Positions 22,817 to 35,300 of a stretch of DNA of 64,000 bases are shown piece by piece (position 1 is the first letter of the stretch; every line of letters starts with the position of its first letter). The translations under genes and the position numbers were made by a program. Where the stretch lies: assembly GCA_036172245.1 (NCBI GenBank), contig JAYWIR010000035.1:558001-622000 (forward strand), written 5' to 3'. Below the pieces are notes generated by a model. The model did not search any database. It had not been told where the DNA came from and saw only the letters and a list, made by a program, of their open reading frames with translations. This DNA is from Raillietiella orientalis (taxonomy: Eukaryota).

Positions 22817-25150
22817 TTTATTATTGAAATTTTTACAAGAAAAATTTCATAATAAAGTGTAAGCATTATGTTCAGACAGAACACGTGGTTCTGCCTGTCT
22901 TGACACTTGCCACTACCGGCCCATAGGCCGCTGAGGTCCTCTCTGCAGGCGATGGGGAAGGGAAAACCACAAAGAAAAAACAAAAAGTTGAACAAAAACT
23001 AAAGGGGACGGGAATGTTTTCAGGGAAGGGGAGGGCTGGGAAGGGATCAGTGTTCGCCCCGAGTGGTCTTCTGCATCCAGTTCAGGATGCGTACAAGTGC
23101 TGGTCGCAAAGTTCTTAACCGGGGCCATCGGGAGGCTTTCTCAACGTACAGAGCCGCCCAGTAGATGGCGTTCCGGCTATTGTGGCCTCTCCTCGACGCA
23201 GACCATTTTGCCAGGATCCCGCGTATGCAGCAGAGAACTGCTACACACGCGGCTGCTGGCAGGGCGTTTTGCATCAGGAGACGACGGAAAATATCCTTGG
23301 GATCGCCCACCGGAATGTTCAGAATCGACGACAGTCGATTCCACATGGGACGGAGGGCGACACACTCGATGAAGTGGGGGGTCTCTTGTTCCTCGCACCC
23401 TGCACAATTGTCATCCACACTCCTTAATGTCCAGTGGGAGAGGAATGCTTTGCAAAGGAGTTCAGTTGTTGGCAGCGTCTCCGCCGCCTTCTCCCTCCCT
23501 GCTCTCGCTTTCCCGGGAACCTCTGGAAGGGAAGAAACTTTGAAGAACTTCTGAACCATTTCTTCCCTGATGTGAACCATTCCCAGATTCTCCGGTTGGA
23601 AATTTTCCACCATAAGGGTGAATTTCCTGGAGAGCAGACAAGGGCGCATCGCGCGACCGCGAGGCTGCCCTCACTCTGTAAATCGACGGGTGCAGTTCCT
23701 CTTCTGTTGCCTCCAAACGGGTACGCTTCCATGAAGGCTTCATATGTGGATGACGCCCATCAAGGAGAGTGGCTCCTGAAGAGCGCGCCACGGTCGTGCA
23801 CACGGATCCCCACTATCCCTACTATACACGTAGGAACCTTGCCTGATGGAGGGAGGGGCCTTGCCTGAGTTCTGGCTAACAGCATCCCAGATCCAGGAGA
23901 AAGAAAGAGAGATGTTGACCACGAAGAGGAGGAAGAGTATCTTGGATCCGCAACTCCCAGAAGGAGGGAGCACCATCCTGGAAGAAGGGCGGCTGCTTCT
24001 CAGACAAGTCTGGCGAGAGAACAAGAGGAAAACATAAGACACTTTCCGAAGAGGCCACCTCGTAGACGCGGCCTCCCCAAGGGACTAACCCCAACTGCTC
24101 TGGATGGTCACAGCGCAGCCCGAATTTCGCCCCTTCCCGTCTGTCCCAGCCGCTGGCACTCGGCGACTTCCTCCCGCTCCCTCTTGGCTGCTGCACCGAA
24201 GCGTCTGCGCACCCCTCGATGAGGATTGAGACGTGCAAAGGTGAAGATCATCCGTCCTTCCTTCGGCGCTTTTCTCTTCCGGCCACCGCAGGGAGAGAAG
24301 ACCTCAGACGGACACTCGACGAAAGAGGAGTGCGAGCGAGAAGATGGTCGGGTGCATCCTCCCTCGCTCCTTGCGCCCCGATGACCCAAAAGCTCAGGGA
24401 ACGCTTCAGGCACAGGACCGACGCCTCCCACAGAGGCTCCTGCACACTCCTCGGTCTTGCTGTGCTCCTGTGAGAAGGGGCAACGGCCGCTGCATCCGGA
24501 AGGACCACGAGCTTGCAATGGACGTGGATGCCTGCGCCTTCCGTGACGCTGCTGCGTGTCCCCGTCACCACGGAAGCCAGGGAAGAGCTCCCTGGTCGCG
24601 AAGCGGGCTGCGATGCAACTGGTCTCCTCGTCAGAAATAAGTTGCTCGAGTGGGAGGGCGTGCATGCACGCTCACGAAGGTCTTGGACAGCAGGAGACGC
24701 CCGGATACACCGCAGGTTCCCGTGTGCTCCGGGTTTACGCGGACACCCCTTGCTCTAGCAGCCGCGGGGAGGGACTTAGGCTATGCAGGAGCGATCTTTC
24801 TGAAAAGAGGAGGAGGGGAAAGAGGTGTGAAGAGAAGAAAAGAGGAGGAGCGGACAAGGAGTAGGAGGAACGTAGGAAGACGGGGATCAACTTGTTGCCA
24901 CCACATCAGTAGCAGAGGTTGCAGCAGATAGTTCTCCTAGAGAGGAATGCCCTGCCCACGTCTTGGGGGTGCTTCTGGCCTGCTCCCCCTCTCGGTCGGC
25001 CCGTGGACTTCCCTCCCGATCTGCGGGGGACGTCAGCCGCACGCTGACGTCCTCTGCAGCAGCCCCCTCCTTCCTTCTCCCCCTCTTCCGCCGACGACGG
25101 CCTTTTTCTGCTCGCGCAGTGCAACCGCCATCTCCTGCGACGTCCTCTAA
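22817..25150 (-). mobile_element. L1/Tx1-clade non-LTR retrotransposon relic (RT to C-terminal zinc motif and 3' UTR)
   Basis: Minus ORF 23047-23649 has NCAGCEEQETPHFIECVALRPMW (zf-RVT-like CxxC..ET..H...C). Upstream decayed RT motifs: HPQDVGRAFLSRRTICCNL at ~24900-24980 and KGCPRKP at ~24750. AATAAA on the minus strand at 22817-22822. Confidence 0.8.
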
Positions 25151-25859
25151 ACCTTTGATTTATCGCACCCTGCCACTCCCTCCTCCCCCTCTCCTCCTCG
25201 GACCGGATCCTTTGCGTATACCATCGGAGAGATGAATCTTCCTCCTCAGAATTTCCTCCTTCCATGTCAGCGATCTTCGAGGCCCTTTCTTCCTTTCATT
25301 CTTTCTGTTTTGTTTTGCTCTTTCCATTTTTTTTTTTGCACACGACCTTTTCTTTTCCCGTCCGCGGATTTCAATTTGATTCCCGGGATGTTTTCAGGAT
25401 TCGCATCGCGAAAACACTGAGCAGACGACATTCATCATCGCCGTCGGATGCTGTGTGCTTTCCCGAAGCAATTAATCGGCAAACAAAAGAACGAGGCTGT
25501 TGCCCAGGGAGACAGAGACTTTCTGCGCGCCCTGCACCTCGCGGGGCTGGGCCGAACGAAGCGGTCGACCGCGTGCATCGCGCACTTCCCCAGAATCGAG
25601 CAGCCTCCCCGACAGGAGGGAGCGCGATGGAGGCGACGATGGCGTGTCTCGCTCGGCTTGCCATGGTTCGCCCCGGGGGAACCTCCAGGCAGGAGCCTGC
25701 GACGCTCCCGGGAGCTTCCGAAGGACGGAATGCAGCTTCCCTGGCAACAGCCAGCCGGCCCCGCCCTTTACTCTTCCGCAGCCGCCTCCACTACCTCCCC
25801 AGCCAGTCCTGCTTCCTCTGCTCAGCCCTTCAGCCATCGAAGATCCCCCGTTTCTACGA

Positions 25860-26520
25860 GTTTGGTTCCTGAAGTCTTTGAGTGTCTTCCTCGGGACTCC
25901 AGGCAATTAGGAAGCACGCGCACAGGGAAGGGCAGCAGCCGCTTCGTTCTGTTTGCAGTGCTCTTTGGGATCGTCCTGGAAAGGTCCCCTCCTCTTGGTT
26001 TTCCGTAGTATGATTCTCCAGGAGCCCCAGCAGGGGGATGCGCGAGTCGCGCAGACAAGGGAGTTCCTGTGGCGAGGGAGCGCGTGTCCTCCCTGCTACC
26101 GGGCCGCGCGTCTTCTTACCTGGTGTGGAAGGACCAAAGCAGAGCCTCAAAACCCAGGCAGGTGCGGAGCTCCCGCCAGCGGCGCCTCCCGCGTCGTCCT
26201 TGACAACCTCTACGTGCGTCTCTGCCCTCCCTCCTTCCTCCCCTTCCCCCCACCTTGGCAACGAGGGAGGAGCGTCCTCGGCCCTCCGCACACTCCTTCA
26301 GCTGGTGCATGGGGGACCGGCCGTCCCGGAGGACTCGATCCCGGTCCGTTCTGCTCCAGGAACAAAGGAAAAGACGTGGAAAAGGCTGCTCTGCGGGGAA
26401 TTTCCTGCTCCCCCCCTTCCCGGGGGAAGGAACGATCCTTCCGCTCGCGGCCACTCGACACGACGGGAACGAAACGACGCCCAGGAGAGGTTCCGGGACA
26501 GGTCGGGCACGGGATCATTA
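25860..26520 (+). mobile_element. Probable LINE post-RT relic
   Basis: TREFLWRG followed by FLPGVEG resembles the FLW.G...P..EGG motif. Confidence 0.35.
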
Positions 26521-29500
26521 AAAGTCGTTCTGGCAAGTACTCGACCATTATTCGGATGCTGGATTGTTCTGGGAGCAGATGTACGGGAGAGTAGGACACG
26601 GCGGAACAGATGGCGCAGATTACGGGGTGGAGGAAAGGGGGACCTTTTCGGGCTTCCCTGGATTCCGGTTACCATCGCGACACTTGCTCTGAGATTGATG
26701 CCGTCGCACGCGATAATGCCTCCGAGCCGGGAACACACGAGCAAGTCACTGGAGATCCTTCCCTCGCTCTCTCTCCACCCGTTACGGGTTGGCCGGCGGC
26801 CCGCGGTTCCCCGCGGAACGCCGCCGCCGGACAAACGAGCAGGCCAGGAGGAGGAAACGCGCACGGTCCGAACTGCCCGCATTTCCAGGGAGTTCCTATC
26901 CCTCTGGAAAACCAGTCGCCACCAGCAACCGGGTTCTCCCCACCCTTCTTTCCCTGCCCGTTACGTCGTTTTCCCCTCCTCCTTTCCCACCGTCTCCCCT
27001 CGGCTCTCTTCCTGTCGTCCTCGCTCTCGTCTCTTCCTCCTCCTGTTCGTGGGCCTCTCTTCCGCATCGTCCTTCCTCCTGGTTTCTCTCCTTTCGCTTC
27101 CTGCTGTCCTTAGCTCCAGCTGCCCTATATCAAGACTTTCCCTTTTCCTTCTTCCTTTTTCCAACCTCAGACCCCCTTCCCCGGCTCGCAGGCAGCGTGG
27201 TCGGGAGAGAGAACAAGCGCTCCCAGCCGTCCCGTCCGGCCGGCCTCAACCAGTCCCAGGGTTCCCCGTGGAGCTCCCTCCTCCCCTCCCTACCACCGCT
27301 CGCCGTCCTCCCTCACGCGGTCCTAGCTCGAGGACTTCTTCTAGGACGCGGCATCTCGCGGAATTCTCGGAGGACGCTCCTAGGCGACTGTCTCGAAGCT
27401 CGCGCGGGGCGCACTCCGAGAAGACCCACGTTCCCCGTGTTCCATGAACGAGAAGTGGGATGAAGGGAAGACCGGGAGCGGAAGAGAGCAAAAGGCGAGG
27501 GAAGGGATCCGGGATGTGTGCCTCGCAGTCCCACCCTACCGTCAGCAGGGGGCGTGGAAGCGGCGAGTCCCGTCTCGTCTCGACCTCTTACCCTCCTAGC
27601 CCGAGGCTGGAGCTCTGGTCGCTCCCGGGAAGATCTCTCGCCACGGAGACACTAAATACTCCCGTCCTTCCATCCTCTAGGAGACTCGGGGAGAGGGGAG
27701 AGGAAGAGAGAAAGAGCCGGGAACCGTCCGTCGTCTAAGATGCCACATGCCTTTTCCCCAACCCTTCCTCAATGAGGGGAAAGGGAGAGGGGGGGATAAT
27801 CCTTCACCCTCCAGGAGTTGAGGTAACGGCCACCGTAGACCCCAATCTGAGTCAGTGTTGACCGAAGGGTGCTGCTGGGAGAAGTGGAGGGGTTGATTGC
27901 AGCAGCAGCAACAGTCAAAAGTACGCTCAGGAGAGGGGACGGGAAGAATCTTCCTCCCTCCCTCTCTCCAGATGATGAAGATGGAGGAGGGAGAAAGCCG
28001 CAATCCAAGGAACTCCTCTGTCTCTTCGGCGGAATCTTGTTACCTCTTGCTCCCTCTTCTCTCTTCTCCCCTTTCCACCTGCCCTCCTCCGCCCCTTCCT
28101 CCGGGGAACTTGGCTTGCTCCCCTGTCGAAACCCCAGGAGAGGTCCTTCACCATTCCAGAGGCCCACGGAGGCGCAGCAAGGAGTGCTGAAAAATCTTGC
28201 GGGAGTTTACTCCACCCCCTCGTTGCCCCATCCTCTTGGCACTCCCCATTCCAGAGAGGGAAGAGACGGGAGGCTTCAAGGATCCTCTTTTCGCCTTCCT
28301 TCCCCTTTCCTCTCGGAAGAGAACCCTAGAGGTTGGCCGGAGCGCTCTCACTCGGAGGGCAGCTTCAGGAGAATGGGAGGGGTCCACCCACCCTTCCCTC
28401 GCTCCTCTTTGTTCTTTCCTCCCTTAGACGGGAGGATAAGGTGCCCAGGCGGAAGTTCCCTGCCTGGTTCCCCTTCCCCTCTCTCCAGATTCCGGGGCGA
28501 GGAGAGAGAGCGTACGGGACGTGAGCGCGAAAGAGGCTCAGGATCGTTGCCTCTCCCTCGTCTCTCGCCTCCTCCCCTTTTTCTTCCCTTGTTCCTCCTC
28601 GGACCGGCGGTCGCTTTTTCGGGGTCCCGCCCGCCGCTTCATCCCCAGGATTACCGCCTTCCAGGCGAGGGGAAGCGCGCGGACGATCCCGCTGGCTTAT
28701 CGACGGGGAGAATTCTGGGAAATCAAAATCCCCCGTGCTACCGGTCCCCTCCCCCTCTTGAGGAGTTATCTGATCTCCCACGGGAACGTCTCCCTCCCTC
28801 CCTCTCTCCGTCGCTCCCTGCTGATGCTACGACTCCTCCTCCTCCTCCTTCTTTACTCTTTCCCCCTTCCTCCTACATAACCGTCCTTGTCCACGGATGC
28901 GAGGCTTCTCTCGTCCCCCCCTTCCGAGGGAGAGAAGGTTTTTCTTTCCTTTCAAGGTTCTCCCTGCCACCCCTTTTCCTTCCGAAGGAAATGAACCGGG
29001 AATGAACTCTCTGTCCGATCCACACCCATCCGCAGCCCCATCTGTCCTTTCCATTCAGGGCGCGGCAGGGAGACCCTTGAAAACATCCAACCGTACTACT
29101 CCTGCCGAGGAGCACGAAGCCAGCAGGAAGATCTGGTAGCCATGGTTTCTCCATCGCTACCAACTCTCTGGACCCTCTCTCCCTTCCCTTTGGTTGGGGT
29201 ACCACTGTTGCCCATGCTGCCCTCATCCAGCGAACTCACGACTGTCCTCCCACACTCAGGGTGGAGGAGGGAGCGCTCCCGGAGATTTTCTGCTTCCCCC
29301 TTTCCATCTCTCCCTCTCTGTCCCCTTCCCTCTCTTGGCGACGAGCACGTCTTGTCGCGCGCATCGAGCGGTGGCTCGCGGGGCCGACGGCCGGGAGAGC
29401 GGGACTTCCACGAGTCCCACTTTCTCCCTCTTTTCCCCACTCCCCCTTCCTTTCTCACCCCCACCTCACGCGTGCGCGGTTGTTCCCTGTTTGCACGGGG

Positions 29501-30299
29501 GAAGCGGGCGCTAGCGACCTCGAAGAGCGTTTCCATGTATCCCGCACGAGTTCCCGACGATCAGGTTGCCTGGTAGGATGAGGGGTAGCTTTGAGGGAGG
29601 AGCAGGATGCTCAGGATAGGAGCCGCCGAAACACCCTAGGGGGCTTCTTCCTCCCTCTCTCCCCATGGGGAGAGCTGCCGTCCTCTCTGAGGCGCCGGAT
29701 CTCTCCTTCTTCCGTCGCTTCCTCCTTTTCCCCCGAAGGACGAACCTGCACTTCCGGTTTGCTTTCTCTCGAGAGCCATATCCTTCCACCCCCCTTCTCC
29801 CCGGGAGCGAAGCACTCCACGGGGCGAACAGAGGAAACGAAGCATGGAGGCGCCCCGCGGATGCAAGCCTCAAGGGCGCGCCTCTGCAGCGCTGTGGAGA
29901 TTGCGGGGGCGTAATGACGGGAGGCAATTCAATTGAGCCGTCAGCCGCCGGGCGCCTAGGACTCGCTGCGCGCACCCCTGGAACGCGTTCGGGGGCTCCC
30001 GAAATTGCGGACGATACTGCCTCACGCACTGTCCCGGCACCGGGGAGACCCGACTCGAACACCCGTGCACACGTGGGACCCCCCCTTCCCGGGGAAAAGA
30101 GACCTCCCGCGCGTGTTCCCTCTTCTTGCAAGGCTTTGAAGCATTCGGACGTTCCCGGGTGGAAAGAGAAAGAAGATGGTTCAAGAGCGTGAAAAAGAAG
30201 GGGGGGAGGAGGGGGGAGATGCATGAACCTGCCGCGCGGTTGATGGCCGCACCGCCGCCACCACTCTGTAATTAGCGGGGGCAGCGAGTTTTCCGCCGC

Positions 30300-31050
30300 C
30301 TCCGCTGCCCCAGACGGGCGCTAAGATCGCTCAGAGTGTTCCGAACCTCCGAGGGGGAACGCCGTCCGCATGCCGTCCCTGCGGATTGTCCCGCAGGCAA
30401 TCGTCTCGGCGTCCGGCCTCCCTTCGCCTGTCCGCATCGTGGGCCAAAGGCGGGGCCGTTTGCCGCCCAAAAAACCGGCGCACGATCGTGGAGCTGATCC
30501 CTCCCCTCCCACTCTCGGCATCCAAGCTGGAGGGGACTCTGTAGCATCTTGAGGGCCAAGGGACGAAGGGACGAAAGCCTGCGAGGCGCGTGCGCCCGCG
30601 GATCTGGCAGTCGTGGGACATGGAAGGACGCAAGCGGCCGCGAGCAGAGGAGAGGCTCCAGGCTCCAGCCAGTTGGCGGCGATTGAATCCGCATGGGTCG
30701 CCGCCCGGCGTGCCCTGGAGCGCTGCGGATGCTGCAGGACGCCGGGGAGCCGGCTCTTGACCGGAGCCCGACCGTCGGCGTCCGTGGCGCATCTGCAGCG
30801 GCGGAACCTCGACTGCGGCGGAGGAACCGAGGAAGACCGCAGCGGCCAGTGGCCCGTCGCCGCGGTCGAAGACTGAAGGCGTCGCTGGGACGTGGGATAA
30901 ACCTTCCTCTGGGAACCTTCGGGAAAGTCGATCCTGGCGTGAGGATGGGCGCGCGCCGGAATGAGGAGGGGAAGCGACTCTTCAAGGAGTTACGCGTGCC
31001 GTCCAAAAGGACCACCCCCTCGGATCAGATCCAAGTCTCTCCTTCTTCCT
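30300..31050 (-). mobile_element. Probable RT-region LINE relic
   Basis: Weak but ordered RT-like remnants in ORF 30272-31015 (STFPKVPRGR, FWAANGPAFGPR). Confidence 0.3.
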
Positions 31051-32399
31051 CCACCCCTCTCCCGGATCCCACCTCTCCCTTCCTCTCTGCGCCTGCAGGA
31101 TCGCGATGCCACCCGAAGGCTCCGGTGAATTCACACCTTTGTGACATGATGGATAGTGGCGAAGCTGGTCATTAAGGACGCACCTTGCCTGTCGAACTTC
31201 CGCGCGCAACCACGGGTCGGCCACGCACCCGTGACCGGAAGAGAGCGGCGACAGGTAATCATGCAGGCCGGGGGGCACTCGATCTTTTCCCCGCCCCACC
31301 TGCTCCCCCTCCGGTTCCGTGCCGTGCTTTTCCCTCCTCTTTCCTTTGTTCGCGTCCCCAGACGCGCGCTCTCACCCTTCGTTTCGCCGCCGCAGCATCC
31401 TGAGGAAGAACCGGTAGCCATGGAATACGCAGGGAGGAGGAGAAGGAAGGGAAGGGAAGGCGGCATCTGCTCTCTGCCAATTGGCCTCTGGACGGCCTGC
31501 ATCCAGGAGGCGCTTTCGCAGAGAGTTGTTGCCTTGGAGACTCGAGTCGCCTCTCACGCGCGCGGAGCTGAACGTCTCATCCAGCTTTGTCCATGGCGCA
31601 AGGAAGCGCATCGGGAACAGCGGGAAGGGATTCAAGAGGAGGGAAGAAGGGAGGTGCAAGGGGCAGGAAGAGAAAGCATCCATCCGTGCCCACTAAGATG
31701 GCGAGGAGGAATGCAGGGGAGGCGTCCGCTACGGCCAGCGTTTACGCCGCCCGCCCCGACGAGAAGGCGGCTCCAAAGTGGCACGTGACTGTATCCTCGA
31801 AGACGGAGGGATAGGGGTCACAGTGCTCCTCCCACGACCACGGGCTTTGAGGAGTAACAACGCCGCCACCAGGAAGACTTGGTAGAGTTTAGCAGAGCGG
31901 CCGTCACCGTGATGTGGCTCCGCACCCAGAAGGAGGCTGAGGTACTGCGCGGGGGAGGGCTTTTCTAGCCAAGGGGACCGGTAGGAACTTTGGACAGCGC
32001 GCGCGCGTGCCGAACCCGCCCGTCCCTCTCTTCAACCGAGATTCAGATGCGGGGCAGCATGCATGCTGGTCATGCCTCTCCCGAAGGTGCGAGCGGCTTT
32101 GCCTCCCTCCCGTTCCTCCTCCTCCGGCGCAGTCCGCTCCAGGAAAGAGAGAGGCAGGAGAGCCTCTCCTCTGTAGCCACCTCGCCTTCCTGCTCGCTGA
32201 CGCCCTCCCTCGCCACATCCATCTTCAGGATTGCAGTTGGGAACCGGGCGGAGCCTCCCATCAGAAAGGAGTCAGCTGGTGAAAAAGAGGGGGTGGGGCG
32301 TCGGCACGTAATTTCGCATGTGTCGCTGCTGGGGGACGTCAGCAACGTGCGAGACAACCCCTGTCTCCCTCCTCCCCTTGAGCCATACGCAGGGAAGGC

Positions 32400-32950
32400 A
32401 AAATGGCGATCAGACCTTTGAAGATGGTTGGAAGAGACCGCGCATGATGGCGCTGCTGTTGGCTGAAGATCGCCGTCTTGAAGGAATACAGCCGCAAGCC
32501 CTCAGCCACAAACCGGTCTGCATTCCTGACTTGCCTGAACCTCAGTCACCACCGACCGATGCTTTCCGGAAGTGTCGAGAAGGAGGTTTCGGGCTCACCT
32601 CCGGTTTTCATTCCGAGAGTCCCTCGCGAACTCGGGATGCTGGGAGTCCACCGCAGCGAGCTGCGCGCCGCCAGCCGGCCAGGATTAAGCAGATGGAACC
32701 ACCTTGCTCCTCTTCCTTCTTCTGAGTTCCCTTCATGCATGCCGCTGTCCCGACCTCTCTGGATGCACGGGGAGGCGTGGGTGGGGTCGATCTTCGCCCT
32801 TGCGTTGGCACCGAGTTGCTGCTCTGCTACCAGGAGAGGGCAGAAAGCTTAGAGGACGAAGAGGGTGGCGTCCGAGTGAAGCACTCTCGTCCACAGTGGC
32901 TTCTTGGACGGAGCGCGCCAGCGTCGTTGTCGAGACAGCACCAGATAGGG
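32400..32950 (-). mobile_element. L1/Tx1-clade linker fragment, homologous to 19130-19292
   Basis: Direct nucleotide homology (inverted) to the 19 kb copy; GKSGMQTGL (~GKSPGPDGL) at ~32510-32537. Confidence 0.6.
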
Positions 32951-33096
32951 TGATCCTGACCAGTTGACCGCCGTGCTCAATGCAGGACTCACCGAGGCGG
33001 AGTGAATTGCATCCTCCAACCCTCCCTCCCTGCAACTATCCCGACGTCACTTCCCTTTTCCTTTCCCACCGACCACGACCTCCTCCGTCTCCTTCC

Positions 33097-33800
33097 AAGA
33101 TGGGAACTCTCGCGATAAGCGTGGACGACTCTCCAACGCTGTGGCGCAACCGACATTGTGCCCTTGGATCCGTCCTTCCTGTCGGCAAGCAGGGATGAGG
33201 TCATGCTGGACGATCGGAAGGGGAGCTTGAAGAAGCGACCCGCAGAGTGAGCAGCAGAGAGAGGCGTGCAGCCCTTCGCTCCTCTTTTCTCCCCGGGGGA
33301 CCAAGACTGCGGTGAGGCTGGAGCCGCTGAAGACGGCATCATCCTTTCCGGAGGAGCAGCCGTCTGCTTCCTTTTTTCGGGAACCCTTCCTCGACGTCTC
33401 CCTCCCGGGAACCGAGAAGCGGGCTGAAGCGTGTTCTCATGCACGAGGGGGAAGGTTCGCGTGCGACCTTTGATCCGCGCCCCGCAGCTGCCCGGAGGAG
33501 CCGGCCGCTGCGACTGGAGGAACGAGGTTCGCCAGTCCTTCTGGTTTCGAAGAGATCCGGGGAGCTCTCTACTCGCCTCCCCTCCCCGATCGCCCGGGGA
33601 CCTCGTGTGACTCCTAGCAAGCGAGGTGGCCCCCGGGCTCCAGCTAAGACCGCGAGTGGGAGAGGATTCTTCCGCGAGATGCGTGGGAGGAGAGGCTGGC
33701 AGGCGTGCTGCGTATTGACTTCTCGCCTTTCCTCCGAGCTTCGGAGGACCGCGCGCCGGAAAAACAAGGATAAGGGAAGAGGGGGAGCAACAGGGGTCGG
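33097..33800 (+). mobile_element. LINE 3' fragment (zf-RVT region), left arm of an inverted pair
   Basis: 33156-33289 is the reverse complement of 34200-34333; reads RHCALGSVLPVG (~WR.ALG.LPV). Confidence 0.6.
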
Positions 33801-33849
33801 CCACGCGAGCAAATACGGGCGGCCGGCTCTCGAAGGCGCCGTGGCCTCA

Positions 33850-35300
33850 GCGTGGGAAGAAGGAACGACCATGCGACAGGAGAGAGGAAGTGCCCAGCGG
33901 TGCGTCCCACTTGATCTCCTGGTAATCCGATCCGGCGGGAGAAGCGCAAACGGAGATCCGCAGCCGTGAAGTCGGTCGCACGCGAGCGGCGCCGGGAGAG
34001 GGACGTCCGTGTGAAGCGGGACGCGTTCTGGCCGCGACGCCCGCGGCAGCACGAGCGGCTGGTATCAGTGCACCCGACTCCGAGGAGGACCGCACGTGGG
34101 AAGGTTCGCGACGAGCTATATACGCAACGGGACGGAGACCACGGGACGTCTGGGAAGGTCCCCTGGAACTGGCGTCGTCCCGCGGCAGAGCGGACGGTCG
34201 AAAAGAGGCGCAAAGAGTTTCACGCCTCTCTCTGCTGCTCGCCCTAAGGGGCCGTTTCCTCGACCTCCCCCTCTGATCGTCCAGCACGAACTCATCCTGC
34301 TTTCCGACAGGAAGGACGGATCCAAGAGCGCAACGCCGGGATCCTCGGCAGCGGAAGGTGTCCTTCACCTTCCGACAAGCTGCTCTTCTTTCTGACCCAT
34401 CCTTGCGCCACACCGTTTCCCAAGAAAACGCCCCAGAGATGTCACGCCATACGAGGTGGCGGCGGCAGTGAGACGTGGATGACGGTGCACTTTCGCGTCG
34501 TCGTACCACGTCCATCGCTCGTATCGTACTGCGCTCTCGTCCTTCCTGCTCCCTCGGATGCTCGTCGCGCTGGTTGGCGCCTTATGCGGCAGCACGCTCG
34601 ACTGTGCACCTCTGCTGCACAACGTGTGCATCATCATGTGTGCTTCCCAGACACACGGGTCGCTTCTTAGATGGCTCTCCGGTCCTGCACGGCGCTCCAC
34701 CACCCCGCGCCAAGCGGTCGCTCCAGATCCCTTTCTGACGGCGCACCATGGGTTACTGCGCGTGCAAAAAGCGTGCACGCTGCAAAGAATTCAGGTGTGC
34801 TGTGATACGTGTGTGCTAGCTCACGCTCTGTTCCCCGTCCACTCGCGGCAAATGCGTGCAGTGGATCTGAAAAGGGAAAAGAAAAAAAAAACAGTAGGTT
34901 GCATTTCATCTCGCGGAGATGCCCAGAGCACGCCTCGTTGGTGGACGCGTATGCTGGTGTGCCTCTATACGCACATTCACGTGTTCGTGTACAGACTCTG
35001 TAAGAAACACAGGGCAAAGAGGAGAGTTACTGGAGATCTGAGATATCTGGCGCGAGGCAGAGTCCAGGTTTTCCACCATGGATCGCCTGGATCTCTTCCT
35101 CGTCCGCTTGGAGGACCCCTGGAAGCGTTGGGAAAGGCCGTGCTGTCCAATCTCCTCCGTCGCTTCGACAGCAGCAGTCTACCTGGAGCAGTTGCCCAGG
35201 GAACGAGGTAAGGCCGAACCGGAGCGGCAACTGGGAGCAAAAGCGGGGAAGGATCGAGAGTGACTCAGCCACGACATCTCCCACGCGTGGTGCACTTTTT
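33850..35300 (-). mobile_element. LINE 3' fragment (post-RT to zf-RVT), right arm of the inverted pair
   Basis: HGGKPGLCLAPDI at ~35050-35080; SWETVWRK...KVKDTFR...CALGSVLPVG in ORF 33847-34515. Confidence 0.6.

Noticed and set aside
24698..24712. Target-site duplication matching 22797-22811
   Set aside because: RT-like sequence continues past this point to ~25 kb, so it is internal to the element; the 11/15 match is probably chance.
8656..27447. Long six-frame ORFs such as 8656-10260 (-, 534 aa), 14225-15607 (+, 460 aa) and 26038-27447 (+, 469 aa)
   Set aside because: Arg/Pro/Gly/Ser-rich, cross microsatellites and repeats, and show no recognisable domains or codon bias; expected at this GC content.
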